The notes below the pieces were generated by a model. It made no database searches and was not told where the DNA came from. It saw only the letters and a program-made list of their open reading frames with translations. The translations under genes were made by a program, and so were the position numbers. Below, piece after piece: positions 48,137 to 58,500 of a stretch of DNA of 64,000 nucleotides (its first letter is position 1; each line of letters opens with the position of its first letter). Origin of the DNA: an uncultured Candidatus Saccharibacteria bacterium (GTDB lineage Bacteria; Patescibacteriota; Saccharimonadia; Saccharimonadales; CAIOMD01); contig OY970318.1 of the NCBI GenBank assembly GCA_963716565.1, positions 385,934-449,933 on the forward strand. The letters run 5' to 3'.

Positions 48137-48325
48137 CTACATTCCCCTCTTAGTTAGGCCTGAGGATAAAGAAGCCCTGCTACCAAAAACCACAAAAAGC
48201 ACCGAACTCATCTTAGCGAGGGTGCACTTAACAATTTGGCTGGTGTTTTTTTGCCTTGTCATACCTTTGGTTTTATTTTTGTTTAGTACGGTTTGTCTTG
48301 ATTTGCTTTTTACTGTTTTGGACAA
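48137..48325 (-). repeat. ~190-bp leader immediately upstream of the G2 ATG, identical to 55118-55306 upstream of G3
   Basis: The identical TTG-initiated 62-codon ORF is called at both sites. The leader ends in AAGAGGGGAATGTAGGC-ATG (GAGGGG Shine-Dalgarno ~9 nt before the ATG). Confidence 0.7.
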
Positions 48326-48335
48326 ACTAAGGCTA

Positions 48336-48364
48336 TTGTGGGCCCACTACCCTCTCAATTCAAG
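48336..48364 (-). promoter_or_regulatory. candidate sigma70-like promoter for G2 (TTGAAT - 17 nt - CACAAT), minus strand; the equivalent for G3 is at 55316-55344 (TTGAAG - 17 nt - CACAAT)
   Basis: The motif and 17-nt spacing are conserved between the two otherwise diverged inter-gene spacers, right at the 5' edge of the identical leader. Confidence 0.25.
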
Positions 48365-48560
48365 ATAGAAAATGCAAATTATGTGTTCAGTAAAAGTTTG
48401 GTAAAAAACTAATGTTTTTAGTGCTGAATAGTAGTCTTTAATACTACATTACAGACATTGATAGTAAAACTTTCTAGCTTAGGCCTTTTGTTTTTTGTTG
48501 TAATAATTATTACAGATTCCAAAAAACAAATTATTTATCCACAGCTTGTTTATGTTTTTC

Positions 48561-51500
48561 TTACTCAATTATAAAGTAGTTAAACTCGTACGTAACTTGC
48601 TCTAGCGGCGATTGCTCTATAAGACGTATCAAGAATTTGTCCACTGTTCCGTCGGCGTAGTAAAGCAAATCAGACGTTTCAATATTGCTTGGAGTTAGTA
48701 CTACCCTGGGTTGTCTGCTAAATGGTTTGCTAAAAACAAGCTCCACCAAATCGTTAGTCGTAGTACCCTCCCCCGTTGTAACGGTAATCGTTCCGCCTGT
48801 ATCATTGCCCATCACTTCAGTTATAGCTCCCTCTCCAGCGGCGATACCTGGAGTAACGGTTGGCGTATCACCAGCCGAGATAATGTGACCGTTTACAGTA
48901 ATATTGCCCACACTTAGATTGTCTTTAACTACTACTGAGCCTTCAAAGATAGCTTGGTCGGTAACGGTTAGACTAGCTACGTTAACTGTATTAACTTGTA
49001 AGTGATTTAGCTCAACATCACCGGAGGCGCTTAATAAGCTCTGAACCGTGGCTAGACCTTCTGATACTAATGATATTTCGGTATTTAAATCATCTATCTG
49101 ACTAGTGTTTACAGCAATTTCTGCCTGTTGTTCTTGGATGCCCTTAATAACTATCGGAATAAGACCTTCATACTTGATGTTATTTATCTCTCCATTTTTC
49201 CAGCCGACTATTTCTGGGAATAGTTCGTTTACTTCTTCGGCAATTAGTCCGTAGTCGTGTATCCCGCCATCGGCAGCCAAAGTATTGCTAGACGCCTTCC
49301 AGTCAAAACTGACCGGTCTTAACTGATCTATGGCCGACAAGGCACTATCTAGATTTTGAACGTTTTCTTTGTACTTGATAGACGACAACGAGCAACTGGC
49401 GCCACGGGTTATTTCGTAGTTAGTGGTTTCCCAGCACATGTAATAACCACTCGAGCCACTGGGTACGTGATCCATGTAGTAATGAGGCGTGGGGCTTCCC
49501 GAGTCAAATTCCATCATTGGACTGGCAAGATCTTCTCCGGTTATATTGAATAACGTGCCACCCTTCCATAGCTGGAATGAATGATTGCCGGTTCCGGCCG
49601 GGCCGAATTGCATTTGGGCATTAGTGTTATCAATAAATATACTGCCCTGCGTGCTAGGCCCAGCAGTGGCAGACAGATAGCCATAAATTGTTGCAGGGCC
49701 ATTAACTACCAGATAGTCATTCATGGTTGCAGTACCATTAACGACCAAGTCGTTGCCTACGGTTGTGGTGGTTTCGCCAACGGTGAGGAGTGGAAGGCCT
49801 GGATCGTCTAATGTTGCCATTTCAAACCCCGCCATCATCATACCGCCACCTCCGACCGGAGGTAATCCTGATGCTACTTCTAAGACACCTTTAACACGTA
49901 GCGCATCAATCTGGTAACCGCCTGCGATAGAAACGGAGTAGGCCGATGGGTCACTAGTCGTAGCAGCAGGATTCGCAACTATAGCTGTTTGGCTCGTTGT
50001 GATATACGCTGGGCTATAGGCACTCATGCTGGGGTCGCGAATTGTTACGCTTGGAGTGTAACAATGCGCACCACAACCAACAATATTACCCTGAAAATCG
50101 AATTTGGCTAAAATCATATTAATATTAAGATCAATGGGCTGGCTGTCACCAACAACCATAAAGCCGCCACTAGTAATCTTAACCATATCCCATCCTATGC
50201 CCCAATCGTATGGGAGGCCCGTAGTTACAAAGTTTTCTACCCACAAGAAATTGCCGCTGCTATCAAATTTGGCTAGCGACAGCTCGTAATCAGAGGTAGA
50301 ATTCAGCATGGTGCCCGCTATAACATAGCCACCATCGGCAGTTTGAACAATTGCATTGCTTTCGTCGATGTCGTTATAGGGACTGCTTAAAGTCCTATCC
50401 CACATCAGATTGCCACTGCTATCAAATTTAGCTATGAACATGTCATCGTCAGCGCCATATACATCATCGTTTACATCTGTTGTGCCGGTAATAGCATAGC
50501 CCCCATCAGCCGTTTCAATTATGGAACTACCGTATTCGTACGTATATCCTCCGCTGTCCCACTGCCTGGATAGCAAAAGATTGCCACTGGCATCAATCTT
50601 CATAAAAAACATGGCCCAGCCACCGCCACTACCATCGCCGCTACCCGTGATTAAATAACCACCGTCAGAAGTCTGAGCCATCTTTGTTTTATAGCCAAAA
50701 CTCAGATCACTATCACCGTACGTTTTAGTCCACAAAAGATTGCCACTGCTGTCGTAATTAGCCAGAAAATAGTTACTGTAGCTGGTACCGGCATAAAAGC
50801 TATTAGTTTGACCACCAACCATATAATCACCGTCGACAGTTTCAAAAACACTAAAGCCCCTTTCTTGATGCTGGTCACCATCGCCAGCCCATATTGCATC
50901 CCATAACAAATTACCACTACCATCATATTTAGCAATAAACATATCTTCACAATTGCCAGGGGAGTAGGAACTACAAGTAGTAACTTCAAAACTTCCGCTC
51001 TCTCCGGTTATTACGTAACCGCCGTCACTAGTTTGTATTATAGAATACCCTATATCTGATCTCGTACCACCCCAAGTTCTATCCCATTGCAGATTTAAGT
51101 TACTATCATATTTGGCTATAAGCGCATTATTAGAATCAGGATAGCCCGCAGCAAAATATTCTGTATAACCGGTAACGGCGTAACCGCCGTCGGCAGTTTG
51201 AACAACCGAGTGACCTCTTTCGCTTTTAAAGCCATCGTATACCCTATCTCCCCACACCACCACACTACTCATATAACTATCAAAGGAATCTTCGTTAGTA
51301 ACAGTTACTTGCATATTAGTAGTGTCGGCGTTTAGTAGGCCAACGTTAGAGCTGTTCTGGACAACAAAGGCCGAGTTGGCATCGGACTCAACTGTAGCAT
51401 TGCCATTTACAAAGGTGTCTTGGTTGAGGTTTATCTGGGTAGCGTTGGTAGTACCAATGTTTAGAGCGGCAGCCGTATTGGCGTCTAGCAGCGGAGTTAA

Positions 51501-54500
51501 CAAGCTGGTGCCCAGTATGCCGGTGCCAGATATGTTCATGTGGCCAACTTGTTGGGTGCCGGGGGTATATAATTGTAAGTCAATATTATTTTCGGTAATT
51601 CCCGCCAGCAAATCTGTATTAATAGTCCCGTTATAAAAGTACAGGTTGGTGCCATTCCACCATAAATCACCACTATTAGGAGCAGCTGGGTTAACACCGC
51701 CAGCTGAAGCCGTCACGTTTAATGAAGCCTCTGATGTAGTAGCGGCAGCCACTTGCAAACGAGCCGTTGGGGCAGCTATTCCTACTCCCACATAACCATT
51801 GTTCAATATAGTCATAGCCGTAGTCGCACCGGCGTCGCCGACTTTGAATTGTAAGTTGGCGTTAGTCAGGGTGTTGCCGCCAGACGTAGTACCTTGTAGA
51901 ACTAAAGTACCGTTAGCAGCTGTTGAACCGTAGACGGTTGGCGTGGTAGTAGAAGTAGCAAAGACTGGGTTGGCTACAGTGCTAATCGTTACGGTGTCAG
52001 TAGCTCCGGCTACGGTAGTGATGTTAGTACCTTGAGCTATGGTAATAGTGTCAGTGTCGGTAATAGATTGGGGGGTACCACTGCTACCGGCTAGGGTTAG
52101 CACGGTCATGCCGGCACCAGCGCCCGCACAGGAACCCCAAGCGGGAGCAGCACCGGTTACGGCTATAAAACATTGCCCTGTTATTCCGGCGCTCGTGGCA
52201 CCCACGGCATTAATACCCCTACCGTACAACACACCATATTGGGTTAAAGTAGTCTCGCCGGTACCACCGTTAGCCACGCCCACAGCAGCCACAGTGCCTA
52301 ACACCCCAGCAGCTGTGTTGGTGACAACGCCAGACGTAGAGAGTCCGCTAAGAGTAATCGTACCAGAAGATGTAATGCCGGCCGCTGTAGCAATTTGACC
52401 ACTTGTATTAACCCTAAACAGATCGCCGCTACCAACAGTTAATAAAGCCAAGGGCGAGGTGTCGCCAATACCTATACTACCAGTACTAATCACTACCAAC
52501 CTGTCATTCGTACCTAGCGCAGTGGTCGAGATCTTGAATTTATCGGTATCGCTATCGTCTACACCAATGGTAAAAGCGTTAGTGCCATCAGCTAGTTCAA
52601 AGCCAAATTGGCTATCATAGCTACCAGCATTGGTATTAGACACCGTAATCTGGGTATTAGCCGCCGTGGCACTCATAACTTCCAGCTTTTGGTCGGGCGA
52701 AGAATTACTAATGCCCACATTGCCGCTGGTAACTAGTACTGTCATTCTTTGAGTGGCGATGCTGCTTTCTACAATCGAGAAGCTGGCTCCCCCAGGCGCC
52801 GATTCATTGTGCCACTTATTGGCTCCGTTTTCGGCGAAATATTGCGTAGCAGAGTAGCCCAATGGGGCATTTACTGTAGATCCTACATTTGCCCCAGTTC
52901 CAGACACCTCTAGCTGGGTGGCCGGTGCCGCCGTCCCTACCCCCACATAGCCATTGTTCCGTATAGTCATAGCCGTAGTCGCACCAGCGTCACCAACTTT
53001 GAATACCAAGTTAGCGTTTGTAGCAGTATTACCAGCTACCGCCGAGTTGCCTTGCAGGGTTAGAGTACCGTTAGCGGCTGTTGAGCCGTAAACGGTTGGG
53101 GTAGTTGTGGATGTGGCGAAAGTTGGGTTGTCGACAGTGCTAATCGTTACAGTGTCAGTAGCTCCAGCTACGGTAGTGATGTTAGTACCTTGAGCTATGG
53201 TAATAGTGTCAGTGTCGGTAATAGATTGGGGGGTGCCACTGCTACCGGCTAGGGTTAAGGAGTTCATGCCACTGCCACCTACTCCACAAGCTCCCCAGCT
53301 AGGTGCGGCTCCAGTAGTGCCAATTAGACATTGGCCAGTCGCACCAGCGGCTGTAGCTTGGATAGCGCTAGTAGTATTGCCGTACAGAACGCCGTATTGA
53401 GCGAAGGTAGCGGCACCAGTACCACCGTTAACTACGTCTACGGTAGCTACGGTACCAATTACTCCAGCCGCCGTGTTAGTGACTATGCCAGCAGTAGATA
53501 GGTTGTTAACCGTTAGGCTACTAGCCGTTAGGCCACCATTGAAGGCGGAAGCTGTAGAAGTATTAGCCCCTCTACCAGTAACGTCAGCTAGGTCGTCGGC
53601 TTCGGCAGTCAGGTAGCTGCCAGCTGGTTGTTTGTTATTGAAGATATTCCAATCGGTGTCGCTTAAAGCACCAGTGGTAGCAGCCGAAGCTAGAGCTAAG
53701 CTGAGTTGTTGGGTGCTTAAGCCCAGTCCGTTAGCGGTACCTAGGGTGACGGCACTATGTAAGTCGCTAGTTAAAGCTACTACGCCAGTAGCGGCTGGTA
53801 GGGTTAGAGTGTAGTTGTTAGCTGAGGTGTTAGCCGTAGCAATAGTAGTAACGCCAGTGGAAGTACCTTTCATGGCTAACATAGAGTTGTCGAAGGTCTT
53901 GAGAGCGGTAACGCTTTGGGCAGTACCAAGTAGCATATCCCCTACACTCCAGCTGCGGTTAGCACTCAAGTCATAGCTGGTACCGTTAATACTGAGGGTT
54001 CGGGAAGTGGGAACACCACCTAGGCCACCAAGTGAAAGGGCTGACCAACTAGGAATGTTAGTGTTAATACCATCGCCTATGGAAGTTAGAACGTAAGTAT
54101 CGGTGGTAGTGTTGCCGCCTAGTCTAGTTGGTGTGCCAGCTAGGCCGCCGTAGATGAGGTCGCCCAGGGTGGACATAGGGTTAAACATACTAGCTCCGCC
54201 AGCACAGGCTCCCCAAGTGGGAGTGGCGTTAGAACCAGACAACAAACATAGTCCAGCTGTGCCAGTACCGGCTAGTACCTGCATTTGGGTAGCGTTAGTC
54301 CAAACAATACCGCCATTGCTAGCTGTTAGGTTGGCGTTAGTACCGCCATTAGCCAGTGGAACAGTAGCTACCGTACCCAGTACACCGGCAGCGGTGTTAG
54401 TAACTATGCCGGCGGTAAACAGGTTGTTGACGGTTAGGCTAGTAGTAGTTAGGCCACTAGTGAATGATGGGTTGCCAGTAACAGTTTCATTCTGGTTGAG

Positions 54501-55115
54501 ATTGAAGTAGTTATTGCTGGCAGCCGACCAAATAGGATCGGTTTCGGCAGTTAGATAGCCAGACAGGTTGATGTTTGGGACATCAATTACATCACCGCTA
54601 TTGCCAGTTGTAACGATCATTTGGTATTCATCGCCATCGTAGAAGTACAGCTGGTTGGTTTGGTTGTCGACGTAGATTTGGCCAATGCTAGGACTGGTTG
54701 GAGCATCGCCGGGAGTGATTACGACTGAACCATTGACCTGGAGGTGGCCGTTAATGTCTAGTCGGCTAATTTGGCCAAGCAAGGAGTTAAGGTCAATACC
54801 AGAACCGTCAAGCGACAAAGACACCAGGGTGTAGGTATCGCCTTGAGCTGTATCCCCTGTTGGGGGCTTTCGTAACTGGCTGAATATGGCAACTAGAATG
54901 ATGATTAACAAACAGGTCAGCAAACCATAAACCATCATCCAGGTTCGGCGCTTTTTAGATTGGTAGCCGGGATAAGGTTGTGATGGGGCTGGTGTTACTG
55001 GTGCTACTGGGGAGGTGGTGCTGTTTTCTAGCACGCTGGGCTGGGGCACAACAATGCCGTCTGACATGGGGCTGATGGTTGGTGGAGTTGGGGTTGGCGT
55101 AATGTCTGGGTTCAT
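48561..55115 (-). CDS. giant fibre protein G3 (2184 aa): paralog of G2 with a diverged SBBP propeller and partly diverged C-terminal module
   Basis: Same N-terminus, TM and first ~660 aa as G2 (DNA identical at a 6981-bp offset). Blades of the form YDGSGNLLWDxxW with longer inserts. Same variant-B S74 domain. C-terminal ..FSKPFSRQPRVVLTPSNIETSDLLYYADGTVDKFLIRLIEQSPLEQVTYEFNYFIIE. Confidence 0.8.
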   Translation of the reverse strand: MNPDITPTPTPPTISPMSDGIVVPQPSVLENSTTSPVAPVTPAPSQPYPGYQSKKRRTWMMVYGLLTCLLIIILVAIFSQLRKPPTGDTAQGDTYTLVSLSLDGSGIDLNSLLGQISRLDINGHLQVNGSVVITPGDAPTSPSIGQIYVDNQTNQLYFYDGDEYQMIVTTGNSGDVIDVPNINLSGYLTAETDPIWSAASNNYFNLNQNETVTGNPSFTSGLTTTSLTVNNLFTAGIVTNTAAGVLGTVATVPLANGGTNANLTASNGGIVWTNATQMQVLAGTGTAGLCLLSGSNATPTWGACAGGASMFNPMSTLGDLIYGGLAGTPTRLGGNTTTDTYVLTSIGDGINTNIPSWSALSLGGLGGVPTSRTLSINGTSYDLSANRSWSVGDMLLGTAQSVTALKTFDNSMLAMKGTSTGVTTIATANTSANNYTLTLPAATGVVALTSDLHSAVTLGTANGLGLSTQQLSLALASAATTGALSDTDWNIFNNKQPAGSYLTAEADDLADVTGRGANTSTASAFNGGLTASSLTVNNLSTAGIVTNTAAGVIGTVATVDVVNGGTGAATFAQYGVLYGNTTSAIQATAAGATGQCLIGTTGAAPSWGACGVGGSGMNSLTLAGSSGTPQSITDTDTITIAQGTNITTVAGATDTVTISTVDNPTFATSTTTPTVYGSTAANGTLTLQGNSAVAGNTATNANLVFKVGDAGATTAMTIRNNGYVGVGTAAPATQLEVSGTGANVGSTVNAPLGYSATQYFAENGANKWHNESAPGGASFSIVESSIATQRMTVLVTSGNVGISNSSPDQKLEVMSATAANTQITVSNTNAGSYDSQFGFELADGTNAFTIGVDDSDTDKFKISTTALGTNDRLVVISTGSIGIGDTSPLALLTVGSGDLFRVNTSGQIATAAGITSSGTITLSGLSTSGVVTNTAAGVLGTVAAVGVANGGTGETTLTQYGVLYGRGINAVGATSAGITGQCFIAVTGAAPAWGSCAGAGAGMTVLTLAGSSGTPQSITDTDTITIAQGTNITTVAGATDTVTISTVANPVFATSTTTPTVYGSTAANGTLVLQGTTSGGNTLTNANLQFKVGDAGATTAMTILNNGYVGVGIAAPTARLQVAAATTSEASLNVTASAGGVNPAAPNSGDLWWNGTNLYFYNGTINTDLLAGITENNIDLQLYTPGTQQVGHMNISGTGILGTSLLTPLLDANTAAALNIGTTNATQINLNQDTFVNGNATVESDANSAFVVQNSSNVGLLNADTTNMQVTVTNEDSFDSYMSSVVVWGDRVYDGFKSERGHSVVQTADGGYAVTGYTEYFAAGYPDSNNALIAKYDSNLNLQWDRTWGGTRSDIGYSIIQTSDGGYVITGESGSFEVTTCSSYSPGNCEDMFIAKYDGSGNLLWDAIWAGDGDQHQERGFSVFETVDGDYMVGGQTNSFYAGTSYSNYFLANYDSSGNLLWTKTYGDSDLSFGYKTKMAQTSDGGYLITGSGDGSGGGWAMFFMKIDASGNLLLSRQWDSGGYTYEYGSSIIETADGGYAITGTTDVNDDVYGADDDMFIAKFDSSGNLMWDRTLSSPYNDIDESNAIVQTADGGYVIAGTMLNSTSDYELSLAKFDSSGNFLWVENFVTTGLPYDWGIGWDMVKITSGGFMVVGDSQPIDLNINMILAKFDFQGNIVGCGAHCYTPSVTIRDPSMSAYSPAYITTSQTAIVANPAATTSDPSAYSVSIAGGYQIDALRVKGVLEVASGLPPVGGGGMMMAGFEMATLDDPGLPLLTVGETTTTVGNDLVVNGTATMNDYLVVNGPATIYGYLSATAGPSTQGSIFIDNTNAQMQFGPAGTGNHSFQLWKGGTLFNITGEDLASPMMEFDSGSPTPHYYMDHVPSGSSGYYMCWETTNYEITRGASCSLSSIKYKENVQNLDSALSAIDQLRPVSFDWKASSNTLAADGGIHDYGLIAEEVNELFPEIVGWKNGEINNIKYEGLIPIVIKGIQEQQAEIAVNTSQIDDLNTEISLVSEGLATVQSLLSASGDVELNHLQVNTVNVASLTVTDQAIFEGSVVVKDNLSVGNITVNGHIISAGDTPTVTPGIAAGEGAITEVMGNDTGGTITVTTGEGTTTNDLVELVFSKPFSRQPRVVLTPSNIETSDLLYYADGTVDKFLIRLIEQSPLEQVTYEFNYFIIE
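50065..51255 (-). other. SBBP-type beta-propeller of G3 (diverged from G2)
   Basis: VVQTADGGYAVTGYT..ALIAKYDSNLNLQWDRTWGG.. through ..FQGNIVGCGAHCYTPS. Confidence 0.55.
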
Positions 55116-55117
55116 GC

Positions 55118-55306
55118 CTACATTCCCCTCTTAGTTAGGCCTGAGGATAAAGAAGCCCTGCTACCAAAAACCACAAAAAGCACCGAACTCATCTTAGCGA
55201 GGGTGCACTTAACAATTTGGCTGGTGTTTTTTTGCCTTGTCATACCTTTGGTTTTATTTTTGTTTAGTACGGTTTGTCTTGATTTGCTTTTTACTGTTTT
55301 GGACAA
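55118..55306 (-). repeat. second copy of the ~190-bp leader (upstream of G3)
   Basis: Identical to 48137-48325. Confidence 0.7.
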
Positions 55307-55539
55307 ACTAAGGCTATTGTGGGCCCACTACCTCTGAACTTCAAGACATAAAATGTAAAAAAAGTATTCATTCGAAGCTTGGTAAAATACGGTTGTCTCA
55401 CAGTACAAATAGTAGTCATTAATACTACAGTTAAGACAGGGGGTTGCGCTATGCCCCATCTTTATAACTAGAAATATGTTGTAATTACCAATACAGCTGC
55501 TAGCGCTACTCAATACTTATCCACAACTAAAATTTTATT

Positions 55540-58500
55540 TTATTCAATTACTACGTAATCAAAGATGTAGGTAGTATTTTCTTGTGGCAATTGTGTGAGG
55601 TTAATAGTAAAGCCGTCTGATGAAGCACCTCTAAAGATGTTCAATTCGGCGGCATTGGCATCACCTGCCGTTAATATAACTCTTGGCTGCTTGCCAAATG
55701 GTCTATTAAATATCAACTCTACCAATTTATCGGCCAATACATTCTTGCCCGTAGTAATTGTTATGGTTCCGCTGGTGTCATTGCCTAGTACTTCGGTTAC
55801 GGCTCCTTCGCCGGCGGCGACACCAGCTACTATTGTAGGCGTCTCACCAGCGGAGATGATATGCCCATTAACACTCAAGTTAGCCACCTGAACATTACCC
55901 GTTACGGTTAAGTTACCGGTGATAGTAGTTAGATTAAGATCAGAGTTGTATTGTAGATTGCTGCTTAGAGTAGCCACTCTGCTACTTAGTTCTTCTATGG
56001 TTTGTTGTTGTTGTTGAATAGCGGTAGCTAAGTATGGGGTTAGACCAGCGTAAGAGATAGACTTAATGCCCTGGGCGTCGGTATAGACTAAGTCTGGGAA
56101 GAGTTGTTCGTACTCTTGAGCGATGAAGCCAACGTGTAAGGTGTCAGTCTCGGCATCGGCTAGCATGTGGTAAGACACTGTTCTAAGGCCTAGTATCTGA
56201 TTTAGGGCATCACCATAGGTTGTGATGTCTTTCTTGAGTCTTTCGTCGGAAGTACAGGTTATACCGCCAGCCGTATTGGGGGTAACCGTACAGGTGCCAC
56301 CAGCGTTTTCAAAGCGGGCTACGGCAGTGCCATCGGCTACTGAAGCACTGCCAACATGTAACAGATAGCCTGGGGAGGTGTTGGAGATACCCAGATTACC
56401 GGCAGAATTAACGCGAAGTCGTTCTGCGTTATTTGAATATATTGCCGTATACGGTGATCCGCTGTTTGTGCTTACATAAACTCCGCCATATATCGTGCTA
56501 AGACCACTATCATACGCAAGCCAACTAGACGTTCCCGTAGATGATATCACTGCAAGATAGCTCGCATTTCTATTAACACTTTCAACCACAACTGTTGCGT
56601 TAGAAGCAACGTCTCCTGTGTTTGCAGTATTATAGACGTGCAATGAACGCCCTAACGTTGTTATTGGGCTGCCTGTTCCTATCCCCATGTTTCCGCTACT
56701 ATCAATCACCAGCCTGTCATTAGTGCCTAATCCCGTAGTAGAGATCTTGAACTTATCACTATCACTGTCGTCTACACCCATAGTAAATAGGTTCGTGCCG
56801 TCAGTTAGCTCAAAGCCAATTTGGCTATCGTAATCACCAGCGTTAGTATTAGATACTGTTATCTGAGTTAAGGCCGTGCCAGTGTTCATTACTTCTAGCT
56901 TTTGGTCAGGAGAGATGTCGCCGATGCCAAGGTAACCAGCAGTAGTCACCCTAAAGCCTACATTCCACGACGACACTGTTGAGCCAGCGGCTACGCCTGA
57001 GCTATACAAAAGACTAAAGTAATCGCTATTTTTTTGAAGTTGGTAGTTAGAACCAGCATCAGAACTAATCCAGTTTGTACCGTTAAAATACGAATCGAAC
57101 GCCATAGCCATGTTGTCATGCGACTGATTAAGCTGTTGATAAAGCGGATAGGTGTCGGCGGATGTGAATATCTTAATATGAGGTCCAGCTGCTGCACTTG
57201 AGTCTGTACCAGAAAGCGTCAATTTACTATCCGGGCTACTTGCCCCAATACCAATATTACCAGCGAAGTAGTTATTGTTAGCTGAGCTATTGTAAATGCC
57301 AAAGCTGCCGCTTGGTGCCGTTGATGTGCCCATTAACAAATACGTGTTGTTGGTCGCGCCAGCAAGCGAATTAATATTTATGCCAACTTTATTGGTGTTA
57401 GCTTGTACGCCATCAATATAAATTCCCTTCCCAGTCGTCACCGTGCCAGCAACAGTTCCTTGATAAATGTACAGCGGTACTAGTTCGGTGGTAGCCGTAC
57501 TAGCACTAGTGTTAGTGTATACTTCTATGCCTCGCATACTAGAAATTGCACCGCCACCAGTTAGATTATTACCAACAATAAAACGAGAGTTTCTAAACAC
57601 TGCTTGATTGGATGCGGAGCTAGCCGTCAAGGTACGGGCTACCACTAATGACATATCTGCTGTATCGGCAGTATTAACTTGAGTCTGCGTAACCCCAATA
57701 CCAACAGTTGGACCAGATGCAGCAACTTGATCGCTAACATTAAGTCTATAAGAAGGGCTAGCAGTGCCTATGCCAACATTACCTAGGTCATTAACTACCA
57801 ATGCAACTGCGTTGCTAGAATCCCTAGCAATTAGAATGGCTGGCAGTTTATCCGGGCTAGCGTCGTTGGCATTATCACTAAAGGCAGTATTTACAGTTAA
57901 ACTGGTGTTAGAAGCAATGGCGGTGACTGTTCTGGTTTCGCCAGTTACGGTTATTCGATCACCAACTACTAGTTCGGTAGTAAATAAGGTACCTACGCCT
58001 GTTACGGTGGTAGAAGCAGTTGGATCAATACTACCCGTTAAAACACTTGTAGCTGCACCAGTAAAACGACCAGATCCAGCAACATCAAGTTTGGTCAAAG
58101 GCGTAGTAGTGTTAACGCCTACATTCCCAGTAAAATAGCTAGTTCCAGTTATTGTGTTAACGTTAAAGTAAGAAGCCCCAAGTCTATTCACCACATTTAG
58201 AATTGTTCCGTCGCTTGCAGTAGACGAAAGCTGCCCTATGGTTACGTCTTTATCATTCACCAGCAAGGCCCCCCTCGTTCTGCCAGCACCAGCTTTCATA
58301 ACTTCGAAAATACCAGTTGGGTTAGTAGTGCCGATGCCCACATTACCGGAACTATCAATTCGCAAGCGCTCTGATTTTGCTGTAGCACCAATTGCAGTGG
58401 TAGAAAATGTAAAATATGAGCCCCTAGCCGACTCGGTGAAGTTTTCTGCTGCAAACATTTTAATTGCGGCAGCAGTTTCCGTTCCCCAAGTTGACACCCC

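Noticed and set aside
48137-48325. 62-codon ORF in the conserved leader (also 55118-55306) as a possible leader peptide
   Set aside because: It starts with TTG, has no SD, is Lys-rich and low-complexity, and its conservation is explained by recent duplication of the leader. I treat the segment as 5' UTR.
55430-55460. GGGGG...CCCC hairpin (gacagggggttgcgctatgccccatcttt) in the G4-G3 spacer as a terminator
   Set aside because: The T-tract follows on the plus strand, where no gene is transcribed. On the gene strand it lacks a U-run, and the paralogous G3-G2 spacer has no equivalent.
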